Of a stretch of 26,502 nt of DNA, positions 23,914 through 26,502 are shown piece after piece (position 1 is the stretch's first letter; each line of letters opens with the position of its first letter). Source of the DNA: an uncultured virus (IMG/VR IMGVR_UViG_3300027227_000002). Its lineage: Duplodnaviria > Heunggongvirae > Uroviricota > Caudoviricetes > Crassvirales. Under the pieces are notes generated by a model, which saw only the letters and a list, made by a program, of their open reading frames with translations, was not told the origin of the DNA and did no database searches. Where the stretch lies: IMG/VR virus record IMGVR_UViG_3300027227_000002; one strand, written 5' to 3'. The translations under genes were made by a program, and so were the position numbers.

Positions 23914-24141
23914 ATGGAAACAACAAGAGAAGCCCTCCTCGCCATGCGAGTGGGAGAGATGAAGGACATCGTGTTCAGCAACGGCGTCCTCAATAGCACC
24001 AAAGAGATGTGCCGAAACTCCGATGTGGAGTGGGAGGTGAATAGTTTCACCGAGGGGTGGATAACCGCCTACATGACCTTGGAAGAGGCCGTGGATTATG
24101 TAGAGGGCCGTAAGGGCTTTGATGACTTTGAGTGGGAATAA
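23914..24141 (+). CDS. Hypothetical early protein (75 aa)
   Basis: Likely start is the ATG at 23914 (METTREALL...). Confidence 0.7.
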   Translation: METTREALLAMRVGEMKDIVFSNGVLNSTKEMCRNSDVEWEVNSFTEGWITAYMTLEEAVDYVEGRKGFDDFEWE

Positions 24142-24151
24142 TTTATTGATT

Positions 24152-24412
24152 ATGAGAAACAAAGAGCAACCATGGGAAGTGTTTGATGGGGGTGTCTACG
24201 AAGACCTCCTCCTTGACACCCAAATTGAATACAAAGCCGAGCGCATTGTAGCAGAGGACGAGTGGGGTACTGAAATTCAGTACCATGTGTACGATGTGCG
24301 GGTGACCTTGCGTCACAACAAGCACCAAGTAGGCGTCCATTTGGACAATCTCTTTAAGTATGAACTTGAGGAAACCATCGGCAGTTACCTCACTAAACTT
24401 TACGAACGATGA
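24152..24412 (+). CDS. Hypothetical early protein (86 aa)
   Basis: Likely start is the ATG at 24152 (MRNKEQPW...); ATGA overlap with the next gene. Confidence 0.7.
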   Translation: MRNKEQPWEVFDGGVYEDLLLDTQIEYKAERIVAEDEWGTEIQYHVYDVRVTLRHNKHQVGVHLDNLFKYELEETIGSYLTKLYER

Positions 24413-24612
24413 AAATTAAATTCAATGGTGATAGCATTGCTATCTACACCTCAACCAACGGACACCAAACGAAAGTCCGCATCGACCACATGGTCAGAGA
24501 CGAGCGTTGTCTTGGAGGACACAAGGTCCACATCAAGACAATCGCCAAAGGGAGACCAAGCAAGAGCCCCTTCCGCTATGCTCCTATTAATAGAATAAAG
24601 TTTTTGTCATGA
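24409..24612 (+). CDS. Basic hypothetical protein (67 aa)
   Basis: ATGA overlaps at both ends. Confidence 0.7.
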   Translation: MKIKFNGDSIAIYTSTNGHQTKVRIDHMVRDERCLGGHKVHIKTIAKGRPSKSPFRYAPINRIKFLS

Positions 24613-24779
24613 AGAAGATAGCATCGGGACTTGTGTTCTTACTATTCATTTTTATTTCCCTTGCGGGAATCACTCTTGGTGCTATGTTCTACCAAGAGGG
24701 TGTCAACGAAGGCATGGGCATAGCCCTTATTTCCGCCACCATTTTTCTGCTTTTATTAATCACACCTAAAGAAAATTAA
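24609..24779 (+). CDS. Small two-TM membrane protein (56 aa)
   Basis: Hand translation: MKKIASGLVFLLFIFISLAGITLGAMFYQEGVNEGMGIALISATIFLLLLITPKEN*. Confidence 0.7.
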   Translation: MKKIASGLVFLLFIFISLAGITLGAMFYQEGVNEGMGIALISATIFLLLLITPKEN

Positions 24780-24781
24780 TC

Positions 24782-25534
24782 ATGCCGAATTGGGTATATT
24801 CTACAATCAAAACGAAAGCAAAGAATGAAGCGTTCGTTAAGGAAGTCATGGACAAAGGGGGACTCTGCGAGTTCTACTTACCCATGCCGGATGAAATCCG
24901 TTTCACCAACTCCCCAAACCGAATCATAAGCAAGGAAGAGTACGCCATCAAGGAGGCCTTGGGGCAGACGAGAGAAGAGGAAAAACACATGGTCGGTTAT
25001 TATCAGACACAAGAGATGGTTGATCAACTCAAGGCCAAGTACGGAGCAGCGAATTGGTACGAGTGGGCGTACATCTATTGGGGCACGAAGTGGGGCGATG
25101 GCCAGATGGAGTATCAAGTTGCGGGGGATGACCTTATTATTAGGTACCAAAGCGCATGGTCACCCGTGAGTTGGGACATCGTTGAGAACTTCATCGGTCA
25201 CCTTGTTGATGCCGACTACATTTGGGAGGAGGAGCAAGGATTCGGGGCGCAAATCATCTATGAGGATGGGCAGTTCGCGAGCATGGTAGAGTGGGACATC
25301 CCGGTCTTCAGCCATTGGGCGTACTTGGATAGCGACACACCATCAAACGACTTGGATGGAAAGCCACGCGAGGGTAAGTTTGTACAGATTGTTTACGCCT
25401 ATCTTTCGGAGGAATTTGAGAATAATATGGGCGTATACGAGAAGGGGTGGCACTGCTATTCAGAGTGGCATAGCGAGAGCAGTCTCGTCACTGACCCCGA
25501 GTTAATTGCTAAACTTGAATCTGTCAAGGAATGA
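24782..25534 (+). CDS. DUF1281/YubB-like ferredoxin-like domain protein
   Basis: Signature MPNW at the N-terminus, NWYEW....WGTKW and Y.SAWSP. Confidence 0.8.
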   Translation: MPNWVYSTIKTKAKNEAFVKEVMDKGGLCEFYLPMPDEIRFTNSPNRIISKEEYAIKEALGQTREEEKHMVGYYQTQEMVDQLKAKYGAANWYEWAYIYWGTKWGDGQMEYQVAGDDLIIRYQSAWSPVSWDIVENFIGHLVDADYIWEEEQGFGAQIIYEDGQFASMVEWDIPVFSHWAYLDSDTPSNDLDGKPREGKFVQIVYAYLSEEFENNMGVYEKGWHCYSEWHSESSLVTDPELIAKLESVKE

Positions 25535-25671
25535 AAAAGAATGATAAGGTCATGGAGCAGTTCATGCGAATTGCAATGGCGAGACTAAAGAGCGACTACC
25601 GATTTGCGCCACAACGCAGAGCAATTGCCGCCCGTATGTATACTAAATGGTTAAATAGGAATGATGTTTAA
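25531..25671 (+). CDS. Small basic hypothetical protein (46 aa)
   Basis: Hand translation: MKKNDKVMEQFMRIAMARLKSDYRFAPQRRAIAARMYTKWLNRNDV*; ATGA overlap. Confidence 0.65.
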   Translation: MKKNDKVMEQFMRIAMARLKSDYRFAPQRRAIAARMYTKWLNRNDV

Positions 25672-25822
25672 GTTGACCTTTGTACCTACCCTACGCAACA
25701 ACCTTGCGGTTAAAAGTTGTGTGTTCATGCGCCAAGCCAATTCGGCAGAGGAGTTAGCGAACATGAAGTACGATGTGCCGAACCCTCTTGAATGGATGTT
25801 AGAATCTATTGAAGAGATGTGA
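25661..25822 (+). CDS. Small hypothetical protein (53 aa)
   Basis: Hand translation: MMFKLTFVPTLRNNLAVKSCVFMRQANSAEELANMKYDVPNPLEWMLESIEEM*. Confidence 0.55.
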   Translation: MMFKLTFVPTLRNNLAVKSCVFMRQANSAEELANMKYDVPNPLEWMLESIEEM

Positions 25823-25823
25823 G

Positions 25824-26048
25824 ATGGAGTACCTTGAAGAGAAGAGGTGCAACTCGTGTCACCAAATGAAGTCCGCTGATCGTTTCACAATACAAAAGAA
25901 GAACGGCGTTGACTCCTACTATAAGGGGAGATGCAAGGACTGCTATGTGGAGTACCGCAGAAAGCGCAAGGCATTAGGAAGCAAAGAGGGTGTGCGTGTA
26001 GACCCCGGCAAGGATAGTCCTCCGTGGAAGCACATCTCTTGGCTGTGA
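25824..26048 (+). CDS. Small CxxC...CxxC zinc-finger protein
   Basis: KRCNSCHQMKSADRF...CKDC resembles the Zn finger found N-terminal to many phage HNH/EndoVII proteins; no nuclease domain follows. Confidence 0.7.
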   Translation: MEYLEEKRCNSCHQMKSADRFTIQKKNGVDSYYKGRCKDCYVEYRRKRKALGSKEGVRVDPGKDSPPWKHISWL

Positions 26049-26375
26049 GTTGGTCTTGGGGGGGTGGTGGATGTAATGGATGATGGAAGCCACCTCTCCC
26101 CACTCAGTCAAAGTGTAAAATGAAAACACCACAAAGTGTAAAATACTGCACCTTAACACGGAAAAATTTAGAATTACGCAAGAATTTATACCAATAGTGC
26201 AATACTCGGCACAAAAATGAACCAAAAGTGTGACAATATCTCAAATCGCAATACGCAATAAATCAAATGAGATGATGGAAAGCCCCACCATTAAAGGATG
26301 TTAAGGCATATAATGATGGGAAAAGAAATCAAATCATACGCAACAACATATAGAAACCTTTAACACCAAAGAGAA

Positions 26376-26502
26376 ATGAAAAACAAAATGGCAAAATTTA
26401 AGAAAGGCGACCGAGTTCGCTACATTAGAGAAGTTGGAGATGATGGTGTCGTGTCTGGAAGTTTGGGTACTGTAGATGAAAACGACAGCATTAGCCCCTA
26501 TG
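26376..26502 (+). CDS. Hypothetical protein with KOW/SH3-like start (partial)
   Basis: MKNKMAKFKKGDRVRYIREVGDDGVVSGSLGTVDE..., open at the window end. Confidence 0.7.
   Translation, partial: MKNKMAKFKKGDRVRYIREVGDDGVVSGSLGTVDENDSISPY

Overview
This 26.5 kb window is part of a tailed dsDNA phage genome with a likely Bacteroidetes host, based on repeated TAnnTTTG -7 promoter boxes and A-rich leaders without Shine-Dalgarno sequences. Positions 1-20,200 are almost all minus strand. They hold a lysis module (M15A peptidase endolysin plus small membrane proteins), a sulfotransferase, a YadA-like adhesin, two giant tail fibres with S74 intramolecular chaperones, other virion genes and a phage groEL / small membrane ORF / groES cluster. 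The only plus-strand gene here is a winged-helix-like ORF. An AT-rich repeat region (~19,550-19,800) and a GC-rich strand-switch region (~20,200-20,670) precede a plus-strand array of small early-type genes. The most striking feature is four complete type I hammerhead ribozymes in four consecutive intergenic spaces of that array (21123-21172, 21744-21795, 22105-22161, 22416-22472). Each has the CUGANGA/GAAA/NUH core and covarying stems, overlaps the upstream stop codon, and is predicted to cleave 21-33 nt before the next ATG. They would cut one polycistronic transcript into single-gene RNAs, and two of those could re-form a ribozyme on themselves and circularise. A second notable element is a perfect palindrome made of two face-to-face -7 promoter boxes (16923-16943) between the regulator gene and the virion genes. 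All calls come from reading the sequence by eye; no searches were run.
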